From an uncultured Phycisphaerales bacterium (GTDB lineage: Bacteria; Planctomycetota; Phycisphaerae; Sedimentisphaerales; Anaerobacaceae): a stretch of 64,000 nucleotides of DNA. Each line of letters starts with the position of its first letter. Position 1 is the stretch's first letter. Under the pieces are notes generated by a model. That model did no database searches, had not been told where the DNA came from, and saw nothing but the letters and a program-made list of their open reading frames with translations. The stretch spans positions 64,001 to 128,000 of the forward strand of contig CAVYYI010000002.1 of assembly GCA_963772725.1 (NCBI GenBank), read 5' to 3'. Shown here piece after piece: positions 11,149 through 22,670 of the stretch. The position numbers and the translations under genes were made by a program.

Positions 11149-12861
11149 TTATAACTTCACTCCAGCAGGTATAGTTGGAGGAAGAAAAACATGCGAGCCA
11201 TGCACCTTAACTTTACGGACAAATATTTTGTCTCCACAAACAGCGTAGAGCATATCAAAATCAGTCCCGCCTAAAGCAATTACGGATACCCTGCCCCCTG
11301 GCACAGGCAAAATACATTGGTTATGCCCTTGCCAGTCCGAGGTCTGGATACCCATACGAGTAGCCGCATATAGAACACCCCTCTGGTCAACTATAACTCC
11401 ATCAGCACCGCTATCATCGGCATTATCGGGAACATGCAACCAATAGAAAGGTTCACGGTTGGTAAGCGAGCCGTCACTATTAATCTGATAACTGTACACC
11501 CAATGTGAACGCCCATCCGCTACATACAGCAACCATCCGTCAGGAGAAACTGCCACACCAGTAGCACTCCGCAGACCTTTGTCGACAATTTTTTTTTCAC
11601 CTTCAGGACTAACATGCCATATCTTACTTTCAACAGAATCATACGGTCCGGCAGTAACATAGAAACCACCATTGCGTAAAGTAGTAATTGCATGACCATG
11701 GAGGCCGGTAACTATTTTTTGGGCACAACCGTTTGCATCGAACATGATAAAATTTCCGGTTTGTTCCGATATACCATACAAACAGCCATTTGCGTCGGTT
11801 GACAGACCAGAGATATGTTGCGCATCACTTGAAAAATCATATATCCGGCCATCCGTTCCGATACGGTATATTTTATTAGCTAATGGCTCACAAAAAAATA
11901 TTTCGCCTCGGCGGTTCACTGTAATACCGGTAATATTGGAATAATTTTGCCCAACTATTTGCCAGTTCACATTTTCAATCAGAATATCCTGTATCCGCGG
12001 TGAACCAACCCCTGCCTTCACAGGTGCAGGCCAACCTCTCCATAACCATTCCATAGCTTCCGGGAAAATATCAGTGTATTTGTCGCAGTGTTTGCCATCG
12101 CTATAACGAAACTGATAATCGTAACCAGCATATTTCAAAGACATTTCTATTTCCTGGCTGGCAAGCCACCAGTTGCCGCCATTATTTACCATATCGTTAG
12201 TACCTACATGCATGAAAACTCTCAACGGTTTAGGCTCACACTTCCGGACAAGCACAGGAAATATGTTACCACCACGAAAAGCGACAAAACTGCCACTGAT
12301 ACAATACACACGACGAAAGGCATCCGGTCTCTCCCATGCTGCGTTAAAAGCACAGATACCTCCGCTGGAAGACCCACCAATACAACGATTATTTCCATCT
12401 GTTGAAAGATTCAGATTGTATGTTTTTGAAATATACGGGAGAATTTCGTCCAGAAGAAAACGTGCATAACTATCACCCAAACTATCATATTCAAAACAGC
12501 GATTGATACGATTCGATGCTTCTTTGCATGTAGATTTCAAGACACCGGGCTGAATAAAAACACCAACCATTATCGGAACCTTACCGCTGAAAATCATTTT
12601 ATCCAAAGCATTTGTAAATTCTGGCCGGAAACCATCCTGACCGATATACACACAGGCAGGTTTGTCAGGATTGTACTGTTGAGGCACATAAACCCAGTAC
12701 TTTCGTGTCGTTCCTGAAAATATCTTGCTATTTTCAAATGAACCTTCAATAATTCTACCTTTTGGTATGTCACTGAGATTTACATCCACAGGTTTATCAA
12801 TTGCCCCAAACGCAATAGAAGAAATTGACAAGTATACAAAAACAAGACTTTTCATGAGCAT
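11149..12861 (-). CDS. Secreted esterase (alpha/beta hydrolase) fused to an SMP-30/gluconolactonase domain
   Basis: GSSSGG nucleophile elbow, R..EYD; C-terminal propeller (GVAVSPDG, GADG..VD..G.LY.AT..GIQ). Confidence 0.85.
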   Translation of the reverse strand: MLMKSLVFVYLSISSIAFGAIDKPVDVNLSDIPKGRIIEGSFENSKIFSGTTRKYWVYVPQQYNPDKPACVYIGQDGFRPEFTNALDKMIFSGKVPIMVGVFIQPGVLKSTCKEASNRINRCFEYDSLGDSYARFLLDEILPYISKTYNLNLSTDGNNRCIGGSSSGGICAFNAAWERPDAFRRVYCISGSFVAFRGGNIFPVLVRKCEPKPLRVFMHVGTNDMVNNGGNWWLASQEIEMSLKYAGYDYQFRYSDGKHCDKYTDIFPEAMEWLWRGWPAPVKAGVGSPRIQDILIENVNWQIVGQNYSNITGITVNRRGEIFFCEPLANKIYRIGTDGRIYDFSSDAQHISGLSTDANGCLYGISEQTGNFIMFDANGCAQKIVTGLHGHAITTLRNGGFYVTAGPYDSVESKIWHVSPEGEKKIVDKGLRSATGVAVSPDGWLLYVADGRSHWVYSYQINSDGSLTNREPFYWLHVPDNADDSGADGVIVDQRGVLYAATRMGIQTSDWQGHNQCILPVPGGRVSVIALGGTDFDMLYAVCGDKIFVRKVKVHGSHVFLPPTIPAGVKL

Positions 12862-13141
12862 TTTTACATTCCTTAATTAATCTCTTCCTGTTATGATTAT
12901 CAGAATAAGTTGAACACGAAATCTTTTGTTACACTTTATTTATACAAGACAGTCCTACCTGGTGAGTATGCAATATTACAAACAAAAAAGAGAATTATTT
13001 TTTTCCACTCATAAGCTTTCCAATTGTTGGTTTCATAGCTGAAGCCCAAATAGCGCAACCTTTTTCGTTGAAATGCAGCATATCAGGTATTATAACCTCT
13101 GGCCAAGTGTCCGTCATTTTAGCACCTCACTCAAATTCAAA

Positions 13142-13214
13142 TACCCCCAAGGGGAATCGAACCCCTGTTGCCGGGTTGAGAACCCGGCGTCCTAGGCCGC
13201 TAGACGATGGGGGC
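13142..13214 (-). tRNA. tRNA-Glu(CTC)
   Basis: Cloverleaf GCCCCCA...CCGGG-TTCTCAA-CCCGG...AGGGGTTCGATTCCCCT-TGGGGGTA. Confidence 0.95.
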
Positions 13215-13228
13215 GGAATAATAGTCAT

Positions 13229-13302
13229 TAGCGGCGAGTGGATTCGAACCACTGACCCTGGGCTTATGAATCCCATGCTCTAACCAACTGAGCTACGCCG
13301 CC
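13229..13302 (-). tRNA. tRNA-Met(CAT), elongator-like (Ile2 not excluded)
   Basis: GGCGGCGTAGCTCAGTTGGTTAGAGCA...TTCATAA...GGTTCGAATCC..CGCCGCTA. Confidence 0.92.
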
Positions 13303-13349
13303 GACAACGCTTTTCAGCGAATTGCGTATAATCTACAAAACCTGCGATG

Positions 13350-13724
13350 TTATTTCAAGAGAATTTGTCCCGCCCGCAGTTTTTTAACTTCGGCATCGTA
13401 AAGCGTGCGGCTGGTGGTCAAGACATTGGCCGAATCATTGATATAAGCCGGCAGGTTTTCCGCACTGACGCCATTGACATTATAAGTTCGCACCTCCACG
13501 GCATTGCCCGTCTGGTCGTATTCGTATTTGGTCAGATTGTCATATTCATCAATACTATAATCCACCTTGCCGATGGAATCATAATGTGTCTGACTAAGAA
13601 CTGTATCGCTTATCGGCGTATCGTCGAACGGGTCGGAGTCATTATCCACTATTCGGCTTGTTTCGATAACTCTGCCCTGCGAATCGAACGTATTTACTGT
13701 AAAGACATATTTATTTCCGTTCAC
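13350..13724 (-). pseudogene. Rhs/YD-repeat fragment
   Basis: FDSQGRV, YDSIGKV, YEYDQTGN, TLYDAE repeats, truncated. Confidence 0.7.
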
Positions 13725-13885
13725 AGTGTCTTCATATACGTACCAGGAATAATCCTGACGACCGTTTTCATCATAATGTAAGTAATGCGTATAAACCGCC
13801 GAATTTTTTTATTCAATTTTCAAATAACTTGACAATTTCCACACTTCTCTTTGCTGAATTTAATTTTCGAGAGAGAAAATCATAA

Positions 13886-14782
13886 TCAATCAAAAGGAAC
13901 TGGCATAAAACTCTTTTTTAAATAAAGACCTATCGGTCTCATATCAGCAATTTTATTCTCTAAAAGAATATTAAGCACTTTTCGGGAAACAAACCAGAAA
14001 GGCAATATATAGTAATATTCTTTTCCCTTGACAATAATCCTGTCGACTATTTGAAAATCGCCCTCAATCATATTGTCTCGCACATAAGTTAAGTTGCAAG
14101 CATCATAACTGATAATGGTTGAATGTTTTTTACACCAACTATATAAAAAAATTCTATCGGCTCTTTGTGACATAGCAGGGACAATGGTAGCAACATAGAA
14201 TCGATCCTCGAATATTTTTGCTTCTGTTTTTTTATCTTTTTTATACTCTATTAAACACGGTTCATATTTTAATCCTGTAATTCCATTTGAATCAAATATC
14301 TCTTTCAGCTTTTCAGATATTACGAATCTCGTACCAAAATTCCAAATATCGTAAATTTTAGCCAAGCCCAAACTTCGTATCTTTTCTGATTTAATTCTGG
14401 TTGGTGTAGTTATCTGTGCACCATAAGGACAAGCATCTGTTTTACATGTCGGGCGATTAAATTCGTAAGTAATATGTTCGCCCCAGTTTAAAACCCTCAA
14501 CCTAATATAGTAATAGTCGTAGTTACCAATTTCATCTTCATCAATCTCAATATGTCGAGTTCTGCCAAATTCATTTTTCTCGATTTTCAAAAAGTTATCA
14601 AGAAAAGTTACAAGGTCTGATTTTTTGGTTTCAGCTAAAATGCAGTCCTGACCACCTGCAGGATGTTGCAGAAGCTGTCCTTTGATATTTGCCGGCATTT
14701 TCTTTATCATCTCAGCACTTCCAAGATGGTTCCCTCCTCGCTTCTTTATTACAGGGCTGTACCAAAAGTATTCTATCGCCAT
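13886..14782 (-). CDS. Putative immunity protein for the orphan Rhs tip
   Basis: Immediately downstream of a toxin tip, low GC, FVISEKLK.IF...GITG motif typical of Imm11/DUF1629-like proteins. Confidence 0.6.
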   Translation of the reverse strand: MAIEYFWYSPVIKKRGGNHLGSAEMIKKMPANIKGQLLQHPAGGQDCILAETKKSDLVTFLDNFLKIEKNEFGRTRHIEIDEDEIGNYDYYYIRLRVLNWGEHITYEFNRPTCKTDACPYGAQITTPTRIKSEKIRSLGLAKIYDIWNFGTRFVISEKLKEIFDSNGITGLKYEPCLIEYKKDKKTEAKIFEDRFYVATIVPAMSQRADRIFLYSWCKKHSTIISYDACNLTYVRDNMIEGDFQIVDRIIVKGKEYYYILPFWFVSRKVLNILLENKIADMRPIGLYLKKSFMPVPFD

Positions 14783-16205
14783 TTAAAAACACCTTTTTAG
14801 TTTTTAAGTATTTTGTTGTTATCGTAATTTATTAGCTACTTTATTGAAACCATCTAATGTCCCATTCTGTACCACATAATTATACATAGCTACTCCCCAT
14901 TTGTATTGCATCTCCCAAGATAATCCTTGGATATATTCATACATGTGGCTCACATTGCCATATTCCGCTGGATTTAGTTTTACCGTTTCAGGTGCGCTCT
15001 GCGTAAATGAATGAATAATCTTTAGGTGCCAAGAAGGAGGCACTGGGATAGAATTAAGCTTAGAGTGAATGGCTTCCGAGCCAAATTTAGCAATATTTGC
15101 CTGTGTTTGCTGTACAAAATGATGAATCTGTCCATTTGCACCGAGACCTCGCCAGTAATTAACCAAATCTTGAGGAGTTCTGAAGCCTTCCTGCGCAGCT
15201 TGTTGAGCAGTGATAACACCGCCACCTGTAAGATAAAGCCAAAGAGAATTTATCGCCCAAGCACCTCCATAGCCAGCACCACCAGCGACAAATCCTATCC
15301 AAAACCATTTAGTAACAGCAGAAAGCACCTGTTGTGTTGTGCCACCCTTTAGAGCAACAGACCAGCCTGCTACATTGGCTGAAATCAGGCCTGTAATAGC
15401 TGCTACTTGCAGCATTCCTGTAAGACTAAAGTCCATCATTCCGCTGGGATCAATATTGTTTATGGGGTTTGCATGAGAATATAGATATTTATGGAGAGAT
15501 TGAGGATCCTGCCTGCTTCCTGAATACGGGTCAACCTGATTAAACAATCCGTTAGACGGATTATAGTATCTTGCACGATTGTAATACATCTGTGCGGAAG
15601 TATCCCACTGTTCACCTGTGTAGAGTAAATTGGTAGCTGCGGGAGTGTGCGGATTACCACCGAGCATTATGCCATAAGCATCGTAAGAGAAGCTATCGTT
15701 GACAGTATTTACATTAGATGCCATAAGTTGTCTAGTTGAACCATGTCCGTCATAGAGCAAGTATTGTGGATTGTCTGTGTTGGTTGCTTGCGCCAAAACA
15801 TCATCTCCGATGATATAGCACTTTACATTCGAGCCAGTGGTTTCCGTAAAAACCTGTGCATAGCCGGTAGGATTGTAACTATCGACAAGGTATCTTGTGG
15901 TAGTACCATCAACATTTTTCGATACTCGATTACCATCCGGGTCATACTTATATGTGGTAACGCTTGCTGTTTGTGCCACGCCGCTCACATAAGGTGTTGT
16001 CGTTACTTTGGCCAGATGGTTTTGTAAATTATATTCATAAGCGACAGTCTCAATTGTCGTATGAGGCGTTGACGTTGTTTCTGTAACCTTGTTTATTAGT
16101 GAGCCGTTGTCGTTATACTGGTAATTTATCGTTGTGTCGCCTTCGCTCCAGTGGCGGCTATCAAGCTGGCTGTAAAGAGTCGCACCATTGGCTATATTCT
16201 CAAAA

Positions 16206-17860
16206 AAGACTTCTGCAAAATGAATGATTTTTAGCAGAGGTCGGAACGGATAAACAACGCAATGGCAGTGGAACTGATGGATTATTGCAGCATGAGTGTG
16301 AATTTTGGTTTTTTTAAGGCCAGAAGGCCTGTTTAGAGACAGAGTATCCCCGAGAGTTCTGTCTTAGCTCTTTGAAAAGTTAATCGTTCAACGTCAACTG
16401 AGACATCAGCCGGCCTTGCGTCGGTTTGGTATTTGTGCGAATGTTTTATGGCAACGCATTTTCCCGGGCTGTTTAAGCAATATAGCAGCGGCAACGCCGA
16501 TAAGACTTGCCGTCAGATGAGCGATTGTCATCTGATTACGCACGGTTTTCAATGAATAGTGCGTAGTCTGTTCAGCTTCACGGTCTCCTAACCGAGCAAA
16601 GTATTGCTCAACTGATTCTCTTTGCTTGAAAGTTTCCTTAAATTCCCTTGAATCCCTTGGGACACGCGAACGTGCATCTTCAGTGATATCAATGTACTTG
16701 GTACAGCCGTAGCATTTGCCGGTATTGAAGGATGGAAGGTTTACCGGACAGGTGTTACTAAGTTTTTCAGCAGTCTTTTTGCTGACCTTTAAGGGGCAGC
16801 GAAACTTGATGCGTTCACGATTGCCCTCGGTCCATCTTCCGGTCGACCTCATTTCAAGACCAGCATCACAGATGGGACAGCCGTGAGGGCCAAAAGTCTT
16901 GTCATCTTTCTGATTTCTTGGGTTGATTGGGATATATGGGTTTCCCTTCATCTTTCCAACTATAAAGGTGTACAGGTCTCTGACATCGTAGGCCTTATCC
17001 GCAAGAAACAGAAAGCCTTTTCTGACCCTGTATCTGCGTTTGAGTTCTTTAAGCAGCTTGAAGGCAACCTGCTGGTCTGTGGTGTTGTTTGGCAGAGTTA
17101 TTTCAACAAGCGATATTCCTTGTTTTGAGATTATGACATGTGTCCTGTATCCCCAGAAGAACAGCATGTTTTCCTTTTTGCCGTTGAGGACCTGACAAGA
17201 ATAATAGCTCAATGTTGCAGCAGGATTTCGAGTGGGCGTCTTGGTTTTATCGGTGGTGTTTCGGGCGGGATTTTTGAGATTATTTTCTTTTGTGGCAGCC
17301 ATAACAGGTTTGGAGTCAATGATCAAGGTATCAAGGCTGACTAATCCCTGTTCGATAAGCCGCTGATTTAGACGGTAATGAATTTCTTTGAGAACAGAGT
17401 TATCGGTATCTGCCAAGAAACGATAGAATTGGGATTCGTCCGGCATATTCCCGAGCGTAAAGCCGCACAGTTCCAGCAGAGGCGGATTGGCTTGAAGATA
17501 TTCGATAAGCTCAGGGACAGATTTTATTTGCTGAAGATGTTTGACGATGAGTGCCTCTCAGGATGGCATGTCGTGAGTGACCTGTTCTGCCGACACCGAA
17601 GTTTCTGTCGGGCAGAATGGAAATATCGAGAGCCTGAAAGAGATAGAAGTACTTTCGCAGCAGCGATGAATTTCTGACAAGCTCCTGGAGGTCATAAAAT
17701 AGTGACGTTTGAACGTGGTACATAAAAAAATCTCCTTTATTTTGGTTGTAAGTCCTTTTACTGACAACGCTTACATAATATCCAAAATGGAGGAGATTGC
17801 AAGAAAAATAATGACATAAGTCGTTATTTAACAAATATTTATGAATTTTACAAAAGGCTT
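16206..17860 (-). mobile_element. DDE insertion sequence (IS1182/IS5-like, family uncertain)
   Basis: IRs AAGACTTCTGCAAAAT / AAGCCTTTTGTAAAAT; direct repeat TATATTCTCAAAA at 16193-16205 and 17861-17873. Confidence 0.85.
16406..17723 (-). CDS. DDE transposase with a 1-nt insertion near 17556
   Basis: GRTGHSRHAILR / ALIVKHLQQI..LCGF..MPDESQFYRF, IIDSKPV, FWGYRTH, ADKAYD, RESVEQYF. Confidence 0.85.
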
Positions 17861-18281
17861 TATATTCTCAAAACCATAAGGAGTCAAAAGCATAAGGTAT
17901 GCGAGGAATACCGAAACACATCGGTGGAACAGACTTAAACGAATAACCGATTTTTTGGCAGGCAGCTTTGTAATTTTTCTTATCATAGGCAACAAGACAG
18001 GAGCAAGGAAAATTATTAATACTGACAGCATCGCCGCCAGATTTACTATTCTATCATATTTTATCGGTAAGCCCAATATGAAAGCTTTAAACGTTCCGAT
18101 ATTTCCATCGGCTCCCCTGTATGTAAATCCGCCATTACCGTTTGCATAAGCATACACCGGCCTGTCATTGACCAGCATTGCCCAGACTGGCCCATCGTGA
18201 ACCTCGCTTGTCAACTGGTCGCGATTATTATATACGTAATCCGTCCGCATACATTGCCCATTAGCAGAGATGACACGTTTA

Positions 18282-18571
18282 GTCCTGTTGCCGACAACAT
18301 CAAAGGTATATTCCTCGCTGTAACTGCCCGATGGACTGCTGCACGTTGCGGATTCGTTGGTAAGCCTGTTTAGATTGTCGTAAGTATAGGTGATATTGTG
18401 TGTCTCGCTCGTGCTGCTGGAAGTCTTTAATGTCTCACTTATCGTATGTCTCATACCGTCCGGATTCAAAGTATATTCAAATGAAGACAGCGAACCGCTA
18501 TGGACAAGATTAGTCAAGCGGTTGCAACTGTCATAAGTATAATCCGCTGTTATGCCGTTGGCAAGAACTGT
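18282..18571. repeat. Diverged direct repeat of 21256-21545 (shared Rhs core segment)
   Basis: Long identical runs such as TATATTCCTCGCTGTAACTGCCCGATGGACTGCTGCACGTTGCGGATTC at a constant 2974-nt offset. Confidence 0.9.
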
Positions 18572-18573
18572 TA

Positions 18574-19431
18574 CTACATTTGTTGTTTATTGTAAAACAG
18601 GTCGTAGCCCATTAGGAAAGCCATCGCAAACCAAGCTGGTCCTGCCCATGTATCCTTTTTAGATGTGTTAGTCTTCAACCATTTCTCAAGTTTTTTAGAT
18701 TGTTTTGTGGCAAAACCACTGTGTTGTGAAACAGCTTGCTGCTCTATGGCTTTGACTAATAACGTCGTATCGACTTCACCGCAACCAAGCAAATCTTGGT
18801 CTTCGTCGGCAATGGCCAAAATCGGCTCTTGAAGATATCTTAAGTCCTCAGGAAACGATTTTAATGCATTTGTAAGACGAGTTTTTTCTTTTACGTTGAG
18901 ACCACCATGTTTAATATTTTTTATCTTGGAACCAGTCGAAACACTCGAAGTTTTTTTTGATTGTGATGGTGGCATTAATTTTAAGCTTGTGATGATTTCC
19001 TCCGCCATGCTTTCGAAACTCTCACGGGAGCCGCCGCCCATAATGGACAACTCTACATAAGAACCTTGTAGGCGGTATAGAACTTGCCATGTGTAAAGGG
19101 TATATCCTTTGTCAAATATCTCCGACGATGTAAACAATTCCAGGCATCCCTCACCAAAGCAACATTTTCCCGATCTCTCAACTTTATATCCTTTGGGTAA
19201 AGTCTCCGGCCTATTTATCCGAGCACCAAGGAACACATCCCTAACTGCCTTAACCCCTGATGCATTAAGATCGAGGCTTATGGCAACCATCAGATTAGAC
19301 TCAGGTTTCCCACGCACGAGATTCCCTCGGAACAATCGCTGGGAACGCTGCTGCCGCAATTGCTTCGGTAATTTGATATTTATTTTGTCATCACTGTATT
19401 CAACAAATTCAATCATATCAATATCTCGCAT
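18574..19431 (-). CDS. Putative immunity protein for the NucA/NucB-type Rhs toxin
   Basis: Directly follows the toxin stop; start placed at MRDIDMIEF; no recognised family. Confidence 0.55.
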   Translation of the reverse strand: MRDIDMIEFVEYSDDKINIKLPKQLRQQRSQRLFRGNLVRGKPESNLMVAISLDLNASGVKAVRDVFLGARINRPETLPKGYKVERSGKCCFGEGCLELFTSSEIFDKGYTLYTWQVLYRLQGSYVELSIMGGGSRESFESMAEEIITSLKLMPPSQSKKTSSVSTGSKIKNIKHGGLNVKEKTRLTNALKSFPEDLRYLQEPILAIADEDQDLLGCGEVDTTLLVKAIEQQAVSQHSGFATKQSKKLEKWLKTNTSKKDTWAGPAWFAMAFLMGYDLFYNKQQM

Positions 19432-19445
19432 TTTTTTCCCGACTA

Positions 19446-22400
19446 TCATAAGGGTATTGGAACTACAATGAACGGCTGTGGTGTTCCTTTCAGCGTCCAT
19501 CTTGTAAATGCTCCAAGAAGTCCCCCCTGTAGGGCGTTTTCCCATGCAGGTACCGGGCGTGCCCATGCACCTGGACCGCCTTGTCTCGTGCATGCGTATG
19601 GGAACTCATCGAGTTGATAACCTGGAGGCGCCGCCGCCATCATCCATCCATATGTCCCAGTAATATATGCACGATTGAGGCCCGTTTGTGGATCGCCAGC
19701 ACCATTGTATGTAAGCATAAACCATTGTGGATGTGAACTCAATGCCCAGACATCAAACTTAAAAATATCTGGAGTAAACCTTTTAATAATGGGGAACAGC
19801 TTCATTTTTGAAAGGTCTTTAACCTTCTTTCCAATCTTCTCAGCCACATCCTTAATAGCTTTCGCTACAGCCTGCGCGTTACTAGTGAGCAACGTAGCCA
19901 CAGATGCGTAGCCAGCAGCAAGATAATCGCGAGACATATCATAAACCATATAGAGTATAGTTGCAACCGTAGCAACAACTAAAGTTGTTACGATATAAGG
20001 CATGGCATGTGCTATCATCTCGCAGATGACATCAGTAACTGTAAGTGTACCGACTAGCTCTCCATCTTTTCCACTCGGATCAATGACGTTCACAGGATTC
20101 GCATGGCAATACAAGTATTTATGAAGTGACTGTGGATCCTCATTGTTACCTGCGTAGGAGTCCATTTGGTTGAAGCGACCATTAAGAGGATCATAATAAC
20201 GCGTACGGAGGTTGTATTGTTTCAGTGAAGTATCATAATACTCGCCGGTATAACGTAAATTTGACTGCGGCGTACCATTGTAACCGACCAGCACGCCATA
20301 ACTATCGTAATTGAAAGTCTGATCCGTAATCAAGTTACCGTTGGAGTTAGTCAATTGTCTGACTGACCCAAGACCGTCACACAAGAAGTGTCCAACGGAT
20401 GTGCCGTTATACTGACTAATTACATCATCACCAATAGTGTATGTGGTTCGATTAGTTCCGTCACTTTCCTCTAAGGCTTGTGCATAACCAGTGTGATTAT
20501 ATGCATCGATAAGGAAAGTAGTCGTCTTTTCGTTAGTGTGCGTTCCGCCGCCGCGAGGCATATCATAGCTGATGGCCTTTACGCGGATTCCTTCGTCATT
20601 ATAGGTGTATTCCACGACAGCAACAGTTGTTCCCTGCTGATTGTCGGTAGTAACCTTATAGAGCTTATTTTGGAGATTATACTCATAAACAACATCCTCA
20701 TAAATCGTATATGGGCTGGTTGTCTGCTTTGTGAGTTTTCGGACACAAGAACCATTATCATCATAAGTATATTCGATGGTTCTATTGCCCGTACCCCAGT
20801 TGCCTCTGGCAATCTGGCTATACTGCGATGAAGCCTCCGCGATATTCTCAAAGCATGGACATATCAGCATCATGTAAGCAAGCAATACGCACACACACTG
20901 CCGCCAGAGTATTGACCTTCGAGATTGCTTCGGCCTTTTGCCTCGCAATGACAGCAGCGAAGGCAGGAAAAACGCTATCGGCAACAGCAACATCATTGCC
21001 CTGAACAGATATTGCGACCATATTGAAGGCAATCCCATCAGGAAGGCCTTGAAACTGCCTATATCAGCTGACTGGCCTAACATTTGATAATGCGTAATCT
21101 GCCCATTGCTGGCATAAGCATAGACGGGTTTGTTATTATAAGGCAGCATAGCTGAAGGTTCCGTGTGGATTTCCTTTTCGAGTTTGTCGCGACCATCCGT
21201 ATAATATTGATAATCAGTCGTTAAAGTCTGGCCGTTGGCGATAACCTCTCTGTACGTCCTGTTGCCAACGACGTCATAAGTATATTCCTCGCTGTAACTG
21301 CCCGATGGACTGCTGCACGTTGCGGATTCATGGGTAAGCCTGTTTAGATTATCATAAGTGTAGGTGATACTGTGCGTCTCACTCGTGCTGCTGGAAGTCT
21401 TTAATGTCTCACTTACTGTATGTCTCATACCATTATCGTACAATGTATATCCAAACGAAGACAATGAACCGCTATGTACAATATTCGTCAAGCGGTTACA
21501 ATTATCATAAGTATAATCCGCTGTAACGCTGTTGGCAAGAACTGTATTATCACGATTACCCACCGCATCGTAAGCGTTCGTCGTTACCTCCGGCATGGTT
21601 AAAGTGCTGCCGTCACGCTTGATTGTCTTTGTCTCATACAGCCTGCCCATTTCGTCGTAAGTATATTGTACTCTGGTTATATCGTTGTTACTTAGAGCCA
21701 ATACATCAGTTTGCAGATTAGCCGTTGTTGCATAAGACCGTGTCTCTGCCTTTCTACCGGTAATCTCATCAAAAATATATCTCGCAAATCCTTCCGGCGA
21801 AGAAACAACTATCGTCCTGCCTTCTGAATCGTACTCAAAGGTCGTAGTCCCGCGAGTCTCGATAATCTCTTTTCGCCGACCAAGGTCATCATAAGTATAT
21901 TCGATAGTTTCTGTCGGGCTACCAGGATAAATATCATTCTGTCCGTCCTGAGGCGAGACATCGACAAACGCATACAGCTTCTTGTAATGCAACTGCCCTT
22001 TGGCGTTGTATTCAAATTTCGTGTCCTGCTTTTCAAAATCAGTTGCCCTGACAATTCTGCCGAAATTGTCATATTCCTTGTGTTCGGTCTTGGTGTCAGG
22101 CAATTCGCGGGAGGTCTGCTGGTGCAATTCATTATATGTAAAGGCCGTAGTACGGGCGTAAGTATCAATTATATTCCCGCCCAGTTCATAGATGTTGTCC
22201 CTGCTTTCGGTAAGGTTGCCAAAATTGTCATAAACATATTCATATATCGGACTTGCATTAGTAAGCGTCGTGTCGTCGTGAACTGGGCTTTCCATCGCAG
22301 CAGTTTGAGGCAAAATCACCGCGGTAAGCCTGCCGGAGGCATCGTATTCATATTCTTTTAAGTCCTCCGCTGTTAGCTGCGCATAAGTCTTTGTTGTCTG

Positions 22401-22670
22401 TTTTGATTCCCAAGCCTTGCGTCCTAACCCGTCATATTCAACATATACATAAGTCTCAGAATTTTGTGTAGTTTCAGGATAAGTAATTTTTACAATCCTG
22501 CCAAGGGCATCGTAATCGAAACTTGTCGTATTGCCGCTTGCGTCAGTTACGCTCTTGCGGCGGTTGCCTTCATAGAGCGTCTCTGTTATGTGTGTGCCGG
22601 TGAAGTTGCCGTTATCGTGAACGCCCGATTCGTAAATATTATAATCGAAGCCGCCAAAATCAATTTTCAT
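19446..22670 (-). CDS. Rhs/YD-repeat toxin, probably N-terminally truncated, with NucA/NucB-type DNase tip
   Basis: Many YD repeats, core YNLRTRYYDP..GRF, PVNVIDPSG cleavage motif, tip LDEFPYACTRQGG.GA...V...EN..QG. Confidence 0.88.
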   Translation of the reverse strand: MKIDFGGFDYNIYESGVHDNGNFTGTHITETLYEGNRRKSVTDASGNTTSFDYDALGRIVKITYPETTQNSETYVYVEYDGLGRKAWESKQTTKTYAQLTAEDLKEYEYDASGRLTAVILPQTAAMESPVHDDTTLTNASPIYEYVYDNFGNLTESRDNIYELGGNIIDTYARTTAFTYNELHQQTSRELPDTKTEHKEYDNFGRIVRATDFEKQDTKFEYNAKGQLHYKKLYAFVDVSPQDGQNDIYPGSPTETIEYTYDDLGRRKEIIETRGTTTFEYDSEGRTIVVSSPEGFARYIFDEITGRKAETRSYATTANLQTDVLALSNNDITRVQYTYDEMGRLYETKTIKRDGSTLTMPEVTTNAYDAVGNRDNTVLANSVTADYTYDNCNRLTNIVHSGSLSSFGYTLYDNGMRHTVSETLKTSSSTSETHSITYTYDNLNRLTHESATCSSPSGSYSEEYTYDVVGNRTYREVIANGQTLTTDYQYYTDGRDKLEKEIHTEPSAMLPYNNKPVYAYASNGQITHYQMLGQSADIGSFKAFLMGLPSIWSQYLFRAMMLLLPIAFFLPSLLSLRGKRPKQSRRSILWRQCVCVLLAYMMLICPCFENIAEASSQYSQIARGNWGTGNRTIEYTYDDNGSCVRKLTKQTTSPYTIYEDVVYEYNLQNKLYKVTTDNQQGTTVAVVEYTYNDEGIRVKAISYDMPRGGGTHTNEKTTTFLIDAYNHTGYAQALEESDGTNRTTYTIGDDVISQYNGTSVGHFLCDGLGSVRQLTNSNGNLITDQTFNYDSYGVLVGYNGTPQSNLRYTGEYYDTSLKQYNLRTRYYDPLNGRFNQMDSYAGNNEDPQSLHKYLYCHANPVNVIDPSGKDGELVGTLTVTDVICEMIAHAMPYIVTTLVVATVATILYMVYDMSRDYLAAGYASVATLLTSNAQAVAKAIKDVAEKIGKKVKDLSKMKLFPIIKRFTPDIFKFDVWALSSHPQWFMLTYNGAGDPQTGLNRAYITGTYGWMMAAAPPGYQLDEFPYACTRQGGPGAWARPVPAWENALQGGLLGAFTRWTLKGTPQPFIVVPIPL

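Larger units (their letters stand above)
14819..18572 (-). pseudogene. Orphan Rhs core-CT cassette (HNH-like tip) interrupted by an IS at 16206-17860
   Basis: Homology starts right after the upstream immunity stop (TVLANGITADYTYD); continuous across the IS (GFENI-ANGATLYSQ); core YYNRARYYNP...PINNIDPSG; tip QIHHFVQQ..IHS..N..H. Confidence 0.8.

Noticed and set aside
13142..13302. tRNAs as the integration site of the island
   Set aside because: No integrase in the window, no duplicated tRNA 3' end seen, and the island lies on the 5' side of the tRNAs
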